Source of the DNA: Prevotella sp.
GTDB lineage: Bacteria > Bacteroidota > Bacteroidia > Bacteroidales > Bacteroidaceae
Reading direction: 5' to 3'
Length of the DNA: 64,000 nucleotides
Assembly: GCA_017554145.1 (NCBI GenBank)
Contig: JAFZIZ010000013.1
Location: 143,685-207,684, forward strand
In this document: positions 39,294 to 49,806 of the stretch, piece by piece
Numbering within the stretch: the stretch's first letter is position 1
Layout of the letters: each line of letters begins with the position of its first letter
The notes under the pieces: model-generated
Databases searched by the model: none
What the model was told of the DNA's origin: nothing
What the model saw: only the letters and a program-made list of their open reading frames with translations
Translations under genes and position numbers: made by a program

Positions 39294-41564
39294 ATGGACG
39301 AAGAGCAGAAGTTACGTGAAGACGCTGACGAGCAACTGATTAATGGTGCTTTCCAACACCTGTTAGATAGTTATTTGGCATCGCGTCACCGTAAGAAGGT
39401 CGATATCATCACCAAGGCTTTCAACTTTGCACGCCAAGCACATAAAGGCGTGCGCCGCCTTTCCGGTGAACCTTATATCATGCACCCCATTGCCGTTGCA
39501 CAGATTGCCTGTGAAGAGGTGGGACTGGGTTCCACGAGTATCTGCGCTGCCCTTCTTCATGATGTGGTAGAGGATACCGACTATACCACCGAGGACTTGG
39601 AGAATATCTTCGGTCCTAAGATTGCACAGATTGTTGACGGACTGACCAAGATCAGTGGTGGTATCTTTGGAGAACAGGCTTCTGCCCAGGCAGAGAACTT
39701 CAAGAAACTTCTGCTGACGATGAGTGATGATATCCGTGTCATCCTCATCAAGATTTGTGACCGTCTGCATAATATGCGAACCTTACAGTCGCAGCCTGCC
39801 AACAAACAGTATAAGATTGCTGGTGAGACACTGTATATCTATGCACCGCTTTCCAACCGTTTAGGACTCTATAAGATCAAGTCTGAACTGGAAAATCTCA
39901 GTTTCCAGTACGAACATCCCGACGAGTATAAGAGTATCAAATCAAAACTCGCCTCTACAGAGGCTTCGCGTCATGAACTATTTGACCAGTTTACGGCACC
40001 CATTGAGGAGTCACTCAACCAAATGGGTATCAAGTACGAAATCAAGGAACGCGTCAAAACCCCCTACTCTATCTGGAGCAAGATGCAAAACAAGCACGTG
40101 ACGTTTGAGGAGATCTACGATATTCTCGCCGTCCGTATCATCTTCACACCTGATAAGCGAGAGGAAGAGGTCAACGAATGCTTCAATATCTACGTCGCCA
40201 TTTCCAAGATATACAAGTCGCATCCTGACCGTTTACGCGACTGGCTGAGCCATCCGAAAGCCAATGGCTATCAGGCATTGCATGTCACACTGATGTCGAA
40301 ACAGGGACGATGGATAGAGGTACAGATTCGTTCCGACCGTATGAACGAGATAGCGGAACAGGGTTTTGCCGCCCATTGGAAATACAAGGACGGCATGGAG
40401 AAAGAGTTTACAGAGGATGAGACGGAACTGAATGAGTGGTTGCGTACTATCAAGGAAATCCTCGATGACCCCCAGCCTGATGCCATGGATTTCCTCGATG
40501 CCATCAAACTCAACCTCTTCGCTTCTGAGATCTTTGTATTCACCCCGAAAGGAGAAATCAAGACCATGCCTGCTGGCTGTACGGCACTTGATTTCGCATT
40601 TAGCATTCATACCTTCTTAGGCTCTCATTGTATCGGAGCCAAAGTCAACCATAAGTTGGTACCACTGAGTTATAAACTCAATAGTGGCGACCAGGTGGAA
40701 ATTCTTACTTCTAAAGCGCAACACGTACAGGCTTCCTGGATCAATTTCGTATCCACAGCAAAGGCAAAGGCAAAGATACAGGCTATTCTGCGACGCGACA
40801 GTCGTGAGATACAGAAACAAGGTGAGGAGATTCTCAATGCCTTCCTGAAGAAGAACGATATAGAGAACAAGACCACCATTGCCGACCAGTTGGCTGCATA
40901 CCATGAGGAACGTAACAGGGAAGAGTTCTTCCAGGCATTGGGTGAGAAGACGATCATTCTGGGTGAGAAAGACCTTGACGAACTCTATGGCAAGAACACC
41001 TCAGAGGCAAATGCAAAAGGATGGCGCCGCTTGGTTCCTTTCCTCAATAAAGGCAAGCAGAAGAAAGACACCGCCAACGCTACAGAACTCTTTGTCGTTC
41101 CCGAGAAGTTCAATCGCAAAGAGACGATCTATATCAACGATGACAATATCGGACAGTTTAAGTTCCGTCATTGTTGTCATCCCATTCCTGGTGATGACAT
41201 CCTCGGCTTTATCGACAATAAACATCGCATCGAGATTCACAAACGTGCCTGCCCAGTAGCCGCTAAACTCAAGACCAGTTATGGCAACCGTATTCTGGAT
41301 GCCAAATGGGACATGCACAAACGACTGTTCTTCGATGCTTCGATTCATATCGAGGGTATCGACCGCATCGGTATGGTTTTGGACATCTCTACCATCATCT
41401 CCAACCAGTTGAATGTCAATATCCATAAGTTCACCATCACCAGTGAGGATGGTGTCTTCAACGGAGCCATAGAACTCCGTGTTCACGATCGCGAGGATGT
41501 GAAGGATATTATCAATCAGTTAAAGACGGTAGAGGGTCTGCAGGAGGTCACTCAGATTATGTAA
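39294..41564 (+). CDS. rel: Bifunctional (p)ppGpp synthetase/hydrolase (RelA/SpoT family)
   Basis: SGEPY..HP, LLHDVVEDT, DRLHNMRT, KANGYQALH, EVQIR, AAHWKYK, TGS (FTPKG), ACT C-terminus. Confidence 0.95.
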   Translation: MDEEQKLREDADEQLINGAFQHLLDSYLASRHRKKVDIITKAFNFARQAHKGVRRLSGEPYIMHPIAVAQIACEEVGLGSTSICAALLHDVVEDTDYTTEDLENIFGPKIAQIVDGLTKISGGIFGEQASAQAENFKKLLLTMSDDIRVILIKICDRLHNMRTLQSQPANKQYKIAGETLYIYAPLSNRLGLYKIKSELENLSFQYEHPDEYKSIKSKLASTEASRHELFDQFTAPIEESLNQMGIKYEIKERVKTPYSIWSKMQNKHVTFEEIYDILAVRIIFTPDKREEEVNECFNIYVAISKIYKSHPDRLRDWLSHPKANGYQALHVTLMSKQGRWIEVQIRSDRMNEIAEQGFAAHWKYKDGMEKEFTEDETELNEWLRTIKEILDDPQPDAMDFLDAIKLNLFASEIFVFTPKGEIKTMPAGCTALDFAFSIHTFLGSHCIGAKVNHKLVPLSYKLNSGDQVEILTSKAQHVQASWINFVSTAKAKAKIQAILRRDSREIQKQGEEILNAFLKKNDIENKTTIADQLAAYHEERNREEFFQALGEKTIILGEKDLDELYGKNTSEANAKGWRRLVPFLNKGKQKKDTANATELFVVPEKFNRKETIYINDDNIGQFKFRHCCHPIPGDDILGFIDNKHRIEIHKRACPVAAKLKTSYGNRILDAKWDMHKRLFFDASIHIEGIDRIGMVLDISTIISNQLNVNIHKFTITSEDGVFNGAIELRVHDREDVKDIINQLKTVEGLQEVTQIM

Positions 41565-41567
41565 TTC

Positions 41568-41918
41568 TTATTGCAGATAATCCATCTGCTTTTTCAATGC
41601 CTGTAGTTGCTCACGGACATCAATCAGTTTCGTAAGCACCTCAGCCCTTTTGTCAGCACCATTACGGTTGGCATTGATGATACGCTTGGCGGCAGCCAAT
41701 TTGAAACCACGCACCTTCACGAGATTATGGATGAGTTTAATCTGGTCAATATCCTTTTGCTGATACTGACGAATCTTGGCAGGTCCACTGGTCTTCGGTT
41801 TCAGATAAGGGAACTCCGTCTCCCAGTAACGTAGCGTACTCTCGTTCACACCAAACATCTCTGCCACTTCCTTGATGGAGTAGTACAGTTTCAGGTTCTT
41901 GTTCAGATTCAGTGCCAT
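41568..41918 (-). CDS. MerR family HTH regulator
   Basis: YYSIKEVAEMFGVNESTLRYWE. Confidence 0.88.
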   Translation of the reverse strand: MALNLNKNLKLYYSIKEVAEMFGVNESTLRYWETEFPYLKPKTSGPAKIRQYQQKDIDQIKLIHNLVKVRGFKLAAAKRIINANRNGADKRAEVLTKLIDVREQLQALKKQMDYLQ

Positions 41919-42108
41919 AATCGTCGTTATTTGTTGCTATTGCTGCAAAGATACGAAGTATTTACTTATCCACCAAATTTTTGAGGTTTTATTTTGCGCC
42001 TCGTCTTTCTGTAATTCTACATGTGACATTTATTATTGGGGAAAAATGCCGTTGTAATAAGGTGAATAGACGGCACTTTGAGGGTAAAAGTAACGTTCTT
42101 TCTGGTGA

Positions 42109-42196
42109 ACAGGCGGGCGGTGCTGTTATTAGCAGCGGGCGCTGCTAATATTGACAGCGGGCGCTACCAAAGTCAGCAGCGAGCGCTGTCGACCTG
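42109..42196. repeat. Four 22-bp tandem repeats with palindromic core CAGCG-nn-CGCTG
   Basis: acaggcgggcggtgctgttatt / agcagcgggcgctgctaatatt / gacagcgggcgctaccaaagtc / agcagcgagcgctgtcgacctg. Confidence 0.75.
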
Positions 42197-42364
42197 TTTT
42201 GATGAATATGCACTACCTTAGACCTATTGTTCGAAGGTACTTTCGCATTCCCGAACTCAGTTCGCCTACCCGAAGCCTTTCGAAAAAACTCAAGATTCTC
42301 TTGTTTTTTTCCTTACTTGTTTATACCTTTGCAATCAGAATTGATGAATCTAAAACTTAACGAG

Positions 42365-42994
42365 ATGAAAAGAACATTATTAGCAATCAGTTTTGTGTGT
42401 TGCACGCTGGCAATGGCGGCACAGGATGCAATCACCGTGAAGTATCAAGGTGCAAAACCCAACATCAGTGATTTTGTATCGGCTTTCGTTGACGCTCGCC
42501 ACAATGAAGTTGACGAAGATGAATGTGTGGATGAAGCTTTCATTGCCGTAGCCCGTGCTTGGGAGCTTCACCAGAAAGGGCTTCCAATGGTTGAAGGCGA
42601 GACACTCACTGTCGATCTGAGAAGCGGCTACGTATGCTTAGAGCGTAAATCGAAGTATGAGTCAACAGAAGACGTACAAAAGTGGGAGATGTGCTACTGG
42701 AACGAGTCTGACGGAAAACACAAGTTGTTTGCTTACAATGTATTATGCTTCAGGAATGGCAAGTACGATCCAGGGCAGTTTGACGGTCTCACGTTCTATC
42801 GTTACGACAATGCCACAAAGAAGATGAAGATGTGTGAGGCTCCAGGTTTCGAGTTTAGATGTAGTACAGACGGTGGCACTTGGGTTTCCTACGCATTGCC
42901 ACGCGTCGGCAGGGATATCACTGTATCCTACTGGTATAAGAGTGGAAAGAAGAATAAGACACTAAAATGGACTGGTCGCAAGTTCAACTTCTAA
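42365..42994 (+). CDS. Hypothetical exported protein
   Basis: Signal peptide from ATG 42365; TACCTTTG box upstream at about 42324; terminator downstream. Confidence 0.78.
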   Translation: MKRTLLAISFVCCTLAMAAQDAITVKYQGAKPNISDFVSAFVDARHNEVDEDECVDEAFIAVARAWELHQKGLPMVEGETLTVDLRSGYVCLERKSKYESTEDVQKWEMCYWNESDGKHKLFAYNVLCFRNGKYDPGQFDGLTFYRYDNATKKMKMCEAPGFEFRCSTDGGTWVSYALPRVGRDITVSYWYKSGKKNKTLKWTGRKFNF

Positions 42995-43012
42995 CGATTT
43001 CCTCGTCAATAG

Positions 43013-43041
43013 AAAAAGCCCACTTTCGAGTGGGCTTTTTT
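43013..43041. terminator. Bidirectional terminator
   Basis: aaaaagcccact-ttcg-agtgggctttttt. Confidence 0.85.
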
Positions 43042-43063
43042 GTTATACTAATGGATTACTTTT

Positions 43064-43573
43064 TTATTCGTAATATTCGATGGTGCGAGTCTGTTCCATT
43101 TCCTGACCCATCATAGACATCTTACGGCTAATCCAGTTGCCACGCTCGTCATACTTATAGTCTGTGAAAGGAGTAGACATTGCCTGACCGCCCATATCCA
43201 TTTCCTGAGTAGCACGTGCACCTTTATCATTATAAGTGAACTTGATTTCCATCTCCTGACCCATCATACTCAAGATCTGAGCAACAACCTTGCCGTTCTC
43301 CCATTTGTACTTCATAGGCATCTTCTGTCCACGCATATCCATAGAAGCAGACTGAATATAACCATCGGCATCGTAAACGATATCCGACATGGCGTCGCTC
43401 TGCATCTTTCCGTCCTGCGTGAAATTGATGGTCTGCTGTTGACCCATTACGGAAGACTTAATACACTTAACGGGACCTGTAGCCTCGTTGAACTCGATGT
43501 CATGGAACTTTGTCTGTGCATACATCGTGAATGTTCCAGCCAGCATTGCCAGCACACAAATTACTTTTTTCAT
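43064..43573 (-). CDS. Hypothetical exported Met-rich protein with YD-like beta repeats
   Basis: Signal peptide; repeated (M)MGQ units and YDADG/YNDKG/YDERG motifs. Confidence 0.78.
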   Translation of the reverse strand: MKKVICVLAMLAGTFTMYAQTKFHDIEFNEATGPVKCIKSSVMGQQQTINFTQDGKMQSDAMSDIVYDADGYIQSASMDMRGQKMPMKYKWENGKVVAQILSMMGQEMEIKFTYNDKGARATQEMDMGGQAMSTPFTDYKYDERGNWISRKMSMMGQEMEQTRTIEYYE

Positions 43574-43733
43574 TGCTTTTGTTTTTAGATTGATTGATTA
43601 AATGATAAATGTCTTTTTCCCCTTAGACGAATGAAACACATAAAAGTTTATTTGAAAACATAAAATAAATTGGTATTCCCAATTATTATTATTATTTTTG
43701 CACCATCATTTATATAAATACCAATCATTAAGC

Positions 43734-46178
43734 ATGACTACAAATTTCAAAAAACTGATGATGGTTGTAATGGTAAGTCTTACCGTTATGACACTGAATG
43801 CACAAAACGTCCGTGAGACTATCCGACTGGACGAGGGTTGGAAATTCGCTTTTGGCAATGCCTCTGACCCTGCTAAGGACTTTGGCTGTGGTACGGAGTA
43901 CTTTAACTATCTGACCAAAGCAAACTCCATCCATAACGAAGGCCCCTACTCCACCAAGTTTGACGATGCCAACTGGCAGGAAGTGCGTGTGCCCCATGAT
44001 TGGGTGACAACACTCCCTTACGCCTCGGAGGCCAGTCACTCTCATGGCTATAAGACAGTGGGATATAAATACCCTGAGACCAGTGTGGGATGGTATCGTA
44101 AGATGATTACGATTGACAAGGACGACTTCGGCAAACAAATCATGATACAGTTTGACGGCATCTTCCGCAACGCCCAAGTATGGTTCAACGGCTTCTATCT
44201 GGGCGTAGAGCCCAGCGGCTATGCCACACAGGTGTATGACGTAACGGAATATGTGAACTATGGAGGCGACAACCTCATCTGTGTCCGTGCTGATGCTTCG
44301 TTGGAAGAAGGCTGGTTTTATGAGGGTGCCGGCATCTATCGTGACGTTTGGCTCATCAAGAAAGGAAAGGTTAATGTGGCTCCCTTCGGTACTTTCGTCT
44401 ATTCGGATGTCAGTGCGTCGTCTATCAAGACCACTGTGACTGTTGAGACAGAAGTGCATAACAGTACCCTTGAAACACAACAGGTAATGGTATCCAACAA
44501 ACTGGTAGATGCCAGTGGCAAGGAAGTGGACTGGGCAGCACGTGAGATCATCGAAATTAAAGGCAAGGAGACTGTCAAGGTCAAGCAGTTGATGACGCTC
44601 TTCGAGCCTCATCTATGGAGTCCCGACGACCCTTATCTGTATACGGTTGTGACTACTATCAGGGTAAACGACGAGATTACGGATATCTACTATACGAACA
44701 CAGGTTTCCGCGAAGTTGATTTCGATGCTGACAAGGGATTCCTATTGAACGGTAAGCCCTTGAAACTGAAAGGTGTCAATATGCATCAAGACCACGCTGG
44801 TGTGGGGGCTGCTATCCCAGAGGCTCTGATGGAATGGCGCATCCGACAGTTGAAGGCTTTTGGCTGTAATGCCTATCGTGCTTCCCATAATCCAATGACC
44901 CCAGCCCAATTGGATATCTGTGATCGTGAGGGTATCCTCGTCATCGACGAGAATCGCCTGACAGGTATCAATACAGAACACCTGCGTCTGTTGGAAAGAA
45001 TGATTAAACGAGACCGTAATCATCCTTCCGTCATCCTTTGGAGTAATGGCAATGAGGAATGGGGCATCGAGAATACCGTTCAGGGAACTCGTATTGCTGC
45101 AGCCATGCGTGAATACACCCGTCTGCTCGACCCCACCCGTCATTCCACTATTGCCAATGCAGGAGGTGCGGAGATGATCAAAGGTCTTGATGTGGTAGGC
45201 TATAACTATATCGTACAGAATGATGTCATGAATCGACGCCAGCAGCATCCTGACTGGAAGATTGTAGGTACAGAGGAAACGACTGGCTGTGGTACTCGTG
45301 GCATCTACTTCGATAGCCCAGGACGTATGATTAGTCTAAACCGCCAGCCAACAGCCAATGGCCAACAGTCAATGGTCAACGTCATCGAACGAGGTTGGCA
45401 GTTCTACGCTGATCATGACTGGGCGGCAGGCTTATTCTATTGGACAGGTTTCGATTATCGTGGAGAACCTAATCCCTTGAAATACCCTGCCCATGATTCG
45501 GAATTCGGTATTCTCGACTATTGTGGTTTCTGGAAAGATGAAGCATGGTATCTTAAGTCTTGGTGGACAGATGAGCCAACACTGCATATCTTCCCTCACT
45601 GGAACCTGCAAGGACATGAAGGCGAGGAGATAGAACTATGGGCATATAGCAACTGCGATGAGGTGGAACTGACAGTCAACGGCAAGAACCTCGGTCGTCA
45701 GAAGATGCCTCGCAACGGACATCTGAAGTGGAAAGCCGTCTATCAACCCGGTAAGGTGGTGGCTATGGGATATAAGAACGGCAAGCGCATCCTCACAGAG
45801 ACCATAGAGACTACCAAGCCTGCTGACAGGATTATCATCAAGAGTAACCGTCAGACACTCACTGCCGATGGACGCGATGTGGCTATCGTAACAATAGAGA
45901 TTCAAGACGCTAAAGGACATCTTGTTCCTAATGCCTGCCCTGCGCTCACTTTCCGTCTTGAGGGCAATGGTCGTATCATCGGAGCAGGCAATGGCGACCC
46001 ATCCTATCTTGGTGCTGACCATCCTAAAGACAAAGACTGCAAGGAGTTCAGTATTCCTGCTTTCAATGGCTATGCACAAGTACTGATACAGAGTGAACAC
46101 AGTGCTGGAAACATTTCGTTACAATGTTCTTCCAACGGACTGAAAAGCGGAAACATCAATATCCTGTCAGCACAATAA
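43734..46178 (+). CDS. Beta-galactosidase, GH2
   Basis: VPHDW, GWYRK, FDGI, GAGIYR, KGVNMHQD, RASHNP, RDRNHPSVILWS.GNE, WTGFDYRGEP. Confidence 0.92.
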   Translation: MTTNFKKLMMVVMVSLTVMTLNAQNVRETIRLDEGWKFAFGNASDPAKDFGCGTEYFNYLTKANSIHNEGPYSTKFDDANWQEVRVPHDWVTTLPYASEASHSHGYKTVGYKYPETSVGWYRKMITIDKDDFGKQIMIQFDGIFRNAQVWFNGFYLGVEPSGYATQVYDVTEYVNYGGDNLICVRADASLEEGWFYEGAGIYRDVWLIKKGKVNVAPFGTFVYSDVSASSIKTTVTVETEVHNSTLETQQVMVSNKLVDASGKEVDWAAREIIEIKGKETVKVKQLMTLFEPHLWSPDDPYLYTVVTTIRVNDEITDIYYTNTGFREVDFDADKGFLLNGKPLKLKGVNMHQDHAGVGAAIPEALMEWRIRQLKAFGCNAYRASHNPMTPAQLDICDREGILVIDENRLTGINTEHLRLLERMIKRDRNHPSVILWSNGNEEWGIENTVQGTRIAAAMREYTRLLDPTRHSTIANAGGAEMIKGLDVVGYNYIVQNDVMNRRQQHPDWKIVGTEETTGCGTRGIYFDSPGRMISLNRQPTANGQQSMVNVIERGWQFYADHDWAAGLFYWTGFDYRGEPNPLKYPAHDSEFGILDYCGFWKDEAWYLKSWWTDEPTLHIFPHWNLQGHEGEEIELWAYSNCDEVELTVNGKNLGRQKMPRNGHLKWKAVYQPGKVVAMGYKNGKRILTETIETTKPADRIIIKSNRQTLTADGRDVAIVTIEIQDAKGHLVPNACPALTFRLEGNGRIIGAGNGDPSYLGADHPKDKDCKEFSIPAFNGYAQVLIQSEHSAGNISLQCSSNGLKSGNINILSAQ

Positions 46179-46235
46179 GAACACCTCTTATATAGAAAAG
46201 TCGGGCAAATACTTTGTATTTTGCTCGATTTTTTT

Positions 46236-46327
46236 TACCTTTGGCTTCGCCGAACTTACTTATCACTCGGAAATGAAAAGAAAAGCAAGCTTTCCTTTTG
46301 CATTTCTCTCATTTTTTCGTAACTTTG
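46236..46327 (+). repeat. Palindromic element bounded by two -7 boxes upstream of alaS
   Basis: TACCTTTG (46236-46243) ... cgaacttact..ctcggaaatgaaaagaaaagc/gctttccttttgcatttc ... TAACTTTG (46320-46327). Confidence 0.65.
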
Positions 46328-46370
46328 CACACAAATTTGTAAATGGTATATTGTCAAATAGTAAAATAAG

Positions 46371-49061
46371 ATGATGACAGCTAACGAGATTCGCGAATCG
46401 TTCAAGAAGTTTTTTGAGCAGAAACAGCACGCCATCGTGCCCTCTGCCCCTATGGTGATCAAAGATGATCCCACTCTGATGTTTACCAACGCTGGTATGA
46501 ACCAGTGGAAAGATATTATTTTGGGTACTCGTGACCCAGAGCCACGCCGTCGTGCTGATACACAGAAATGTCTGCGCGTCAGTGGTAAGCACAATGACTT
46601 GGAGGAGGTAGGCCATGACACCTACCACCACACCATGTTCGAGATGTTGGGCAACTGGTCGTTTGGCGACTACTTCAAAGAGGGTGCCATTGACATGGCT
46701 TGGGAATATCTGGTAGATGTCTTGAAACTGAATCCTGAAGACCTGTATGTAACAGTCTTCGAAGGCTCACCTGAAGAGAATATCCCTCGTGACGACGAGG
46801 CAGCACAATACTGGGCAAAGCATGTTCCTGCCGACCATATCATCAATGGTAACAAGCACGATAACTTCTGGGAGATGGGTGATACAGGTCCTTGTGGTCC
46901 CTGTTCTGAGATTCATGTCGACTCTCGTACACCTGAACAGAAGGCTGCCAGTGGCAAGACTGGTCGTGAGTTGGTGAACCAAGACGACCCACAGGTGATT
47001 GAGATCTGGAACCTCGTGTTCATGCAGTTCAATCGTAAGGCTGACGGCTCATTGGAGAAACTCTCTATGAACGTCATCGATACTGGTATGGGATTCGAGC
47101 GCCTTGTCCGTATGTTGCAAGGCAAGCACTCTAACTACGATACCGATGTCTTCCAGCCTATCATCAAGGCTGAGGAGCAAATCACAGGCTTGAAATATAC
47201 GACCTTCGAGGAAGAGGCTAACAGCCAAAGGCCAATTGCCAAGAGCCAAGATGACATCAACGTCGCCATGCGTGTCTGTGCCGACCACCTGCGTGCTGTA
47301 TCGTTCTCGATTGCTGATGGACAGTTGCCTTCAAATGCAAAGGCAGGTTATGTTATCCGTCGTATCTTGAGAAGAGCTGTTCGCTATGCTTATACCTTCC
47401 TTGGACAGAAAGACGGCTTCCTCTATAAACTCGTTCCTACCCTCGTACATGAGATGGGCGATGCCTTCCCAGAGTTGAAGGCTCAGCAGACACTGATCAC
47501 GAAGGTCATCAAAGAAGAGGAAGATTCCTTCCTGCGTACACTTGACAAAGGTATCCAACTGTTGGATAAGGCGATGGCAGAAGTAAAAAGCCAACAGCCA
47601 ATAGCCAATAGCCAACAGCTCGTACTCGATGGTGTTCAGGCTTTCCGTTTGTTCGACACCTATGGATTCCCCCTCGACCTCACAGAATTGATTTGTCGTG
47701 AGAATGGCTTCACCGTTGACGAGGAGCAGTTTAATGTCGAGATGCAGAAGCAGAAAGAGCGCGCCCGTAATGCTGCTGCTGTAGAGAACAGCGACTGGAC
47801 GGAACTGAAAGCTGGAGAACAACAGTTCGTCGGCTATGACTATACGGAATACAACTGTCATATTCTGCGTTATCGCAAGGTGACACAGAAGAAAAATGAA
47901 TTCTTTGAGCTTGTACTTGATGCTACTCCCTTCTATGGTGAGATGGGTGGACAGGTTGGTGACGCTGGTGTTCTCGTCAACGAGAACGAGACCATCGAGA
48001 TTATCGATGCCAAGCGCGAGAACAACCAGACAGTACATATCGTCAAGCAACTGCCCAAAGACCCCACTGCCGAGTTTATGGCATGTGTAGATACGGATAA
48101 GCGTAATGCCAGTGCAGCCAATCATACGGCTACCCACTTGCTCGACTATGCTTTGAAGCAGGTATTAGGCGACCATGTGGAGCAGAAGGGTTCGTTTGTC
48201 TCTCCCGACACCCTACGTTTCGACTTCTCTCACTTTGAGAAAGTCAGCGACGAGCAGTTGCGCGAGGTAGAGCGTATGGTCAATGATATGATTCGTCAGG
48301 ACATCCATATCGATGAGCATCGTGACGTACCTTTCGACGAGGCCAAGAAACTGGGTGCCATTGCTCTCTTCGGTGAAAAATACGGTGATAAGGTGCGCGT
48401 TGTGCGTTTCGGACCTTCTTGTGAGTTCTGTGGTGGTATCCATGCCTCCTCTACAGGTCGCATCGGTTTCTTCAAGATTCTCTCTGAGAGTAGTGTCGCT
48501 GCTGGCATCCGCCGTATTGAGGCAAAAACAGGTAAGGAGTGTGAGGAGCTGTTGTATCAGATGGAGGACACGCTGAAGTACATCAAGTCGTTCTTCAATA
48601 ATGCGAAAGACCTGCAAGGTGTCATCCAGAAATATATCGATGAGCACGATGCCATGAAGAAAGAGATTGAGCAGTTCCAGGCTCAGGCTGTGGAGCGTGC
48701 TGCCCAGCGACTAGTGGAAAAAGCCCGGGAGGTGAATGGTGTCAAGGTTATCACTACCGTTGTACCCATGAACCCTGCCGCTGCCAAAGATCTTGCCTTT
48801 AAGATTCGTGCTGCTGTTGAGGGATCTCTGCTTTGCGTCATTGGTTCTCATGACAACAACAAACCCCAACTCTCTATCATGATGAGCGACGATATGGTTT
48901 CTGACCATGGACTGAATGCAGGACAGATGGTATGCGAAGCCGCCAAACTCATCCAAGGCGGTGGCGGTGGTCAACCCCACTTCGCACAGGCAGGTGGTAA
49001 GAATACCGATGGTCTCAGCGCTGCAGTAGATAAGGTGATTGAACTCGCCAACCTCAAATAA
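46371..49061 (+). CDS. alaS: Alanine--tRNA ligase
   Basis: [60 protein letters not shown]. Confidence 0.98.
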   Translation: MMTANEIRESFKKFFEQKQHAIVPSAPMVIKDDPTLMFTNAGMNQWKDIILGTRDPEPRRRADTQKCLRVSGKHNDLEEVGHDTYHHTMFEMLGNWSFGDYFKEGAIDMAWEYLVDVLKLNPEDLYVTVFEGSPEENIPRDDEAAQYWAKHVPADHIINGNKHDNFWEMGDTGPCGPCSEIHVDSRTPEQKAASGKTGRELVNQDDPQVIEIWNLVFMQFNRKADGSLEKLSMNVIDTGMGFERLVRMLQGKHSNYDTDVFQPIIKAEEQITGLKYTTFEEEANSQRPIAKSQDDINVAMRVCADHLRAVSFSIADGQLPSNAKAGYVIRRILRRAVRYAYTFLGQKDGFLYKLVPTLVHEMGDAFPELKAQQTLITKVIKEEEDSFLRTLDKGIQLLDKAMAEVKSQQPIANSQQLVLDGVQAFRLFDTYGFPLDLTELICRENGFTVDEEQFNVEMQKQKERARNAAAVENSDWTELKAGEQQFVGYDYTEYNCHILRYRKVTQKKNEFFELVLDATPFYGEMGGQVGDAGVLVNENETIEIIDAKRENNQTVHIVKQLPKDPTAEFMACVDTDKRNASAANHTATHLLDYALKQVLGDHVEQKGSFVSPDTLRFDFSHFEKVSDEQLREVERMVNDMIRQDIHIDEHRDVPFDEAKKLGAIALFGEKYGDKVRVVRFGPSCEFCGGIHASSTGRIGFFKILSESSVAAGIRRIEAKTGKECEELLYQMEDTLKYIKSFFNNAKDLQGVIQKYIDEHDAMKKEIEQFQAQAVERAAQRLVEKAREVNGVKVITTVVPMNPAAAKDLAFKIRAAVEGSLLCVIGSHDNNKPQLSIMMSDDMVSDHGLNAGQMVCEAAKLIQGGGGGQPHFAQAGGKNTDGLSAAVDKVIELANLK

Positions 49062-49087
49062 GAATAAGGTATTTTATACACATAGAT

Positions 49088-49123
49088 AAAAGTCTCTTGA
49101 CATTACGACGTCAAGGGGCTTTT
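49088..49123 (+). terminator. alaS terminator
   Basis: aaaagtctcttgac-N-gtcaaggggcttttt. Confidence 0.7.
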
Positions 49124-49221
49124 TCGTTGCATTTCCAATGATTCTGAAATATTTTCATGGCAGATTAAGTCTTTTTTGTTATTTTTGCGTCAAATAGGTA
49201 AAAAAGGACAAAAAGACAAGC

Positions 49222-49806
49222 ATGAAACTATTTAGCATCGGAAACAAATATAGGTTCTTGGAACGACTAATGACTGACGAACGTCAACGTCTGGTGCGCT
49301 ATGCCTGTTGCCGACTGGGTAACGGCGAAGACGCAGAAGATGCTGTACAAGACCTCTTCCTGCGACTCCACGAACGGATGGAGAAGGCCAACAACAATGA
49401 CTCGCTGTCAACGGATATCAAGAACCCAATGGCGTACCTCTATCGCAGCCTGATGAACTTATGCATCAGCAAACAACGGTCAGCAGGACGGATACAAATA
49501 GTTCCCTTGTCGGATAAGAACGGAGAGAACTTCAAAACACCATCCTTCGATGAAGAGGATGAGATGGAACATGAATATCGTCGCATCTGTCATCTGCTGG
49601 AAACGATACCAGATGAGCAAGCAGAGGTGATTCGCTTGCGTTTCTATGGCGACAAGAGTTTCAAGGAGATAGCCGACATCATTGGTGTAAACCTCAGTAC
49701 CGTCAAGTCGAGATTTATGTATGGATTAGAGAAAATCAGGCGAGGAATGCGCGCTTCCTCTGCATCAAATAATAATCATCAAACAATAGTAATGTATGAA
49801 GTGTAA
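49222..49806 (+). CDS. ECF sigma-70 factor
   Basis: DAEDAVQDLF (region 2), S.KEIA.IIG....TVKSR (region 4). Confidence 0.92.
   Translation: MKLFSIGNKYRFLERLMTDERQRLVRYACCRLGNGEDAEDAVQDLFLRLHERMEKANNNDSLSTDIKNPMAYLYRSLMNLCISKQRSAGRIQIVPLSDKNGENFKTPSFDEEDEMEHEYRRICHLLETIPDEQAEVIRLRFYGDKSFKEIADIIGVNLSTVKSRFMYGLEKIRRGMRASSASNNNHQTIVMYEV

Noticed and set aside
42109-42196. CRISPR array
   Set aside because: Units are contiguous 22-mers without unique spacers, and no cas genes are present.
42227-42364. N-terminal extensions given by the ORF track (also at 35351, 21883, 43698, 10106, 6945, 6126)
   Set aside because: They mostly run through promoter boxes, repeat elements or leader structure; downstream ATGs give proper signal peptides or conserved N-termini.
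43728-44612. 294-aa antisense ORF and many similar shadow ORFs (e.g. 47331-48137, 20893-21570)
   Set aside because: They fully overlap well-supported genes on the opposite strand and show no recognisable motifs.
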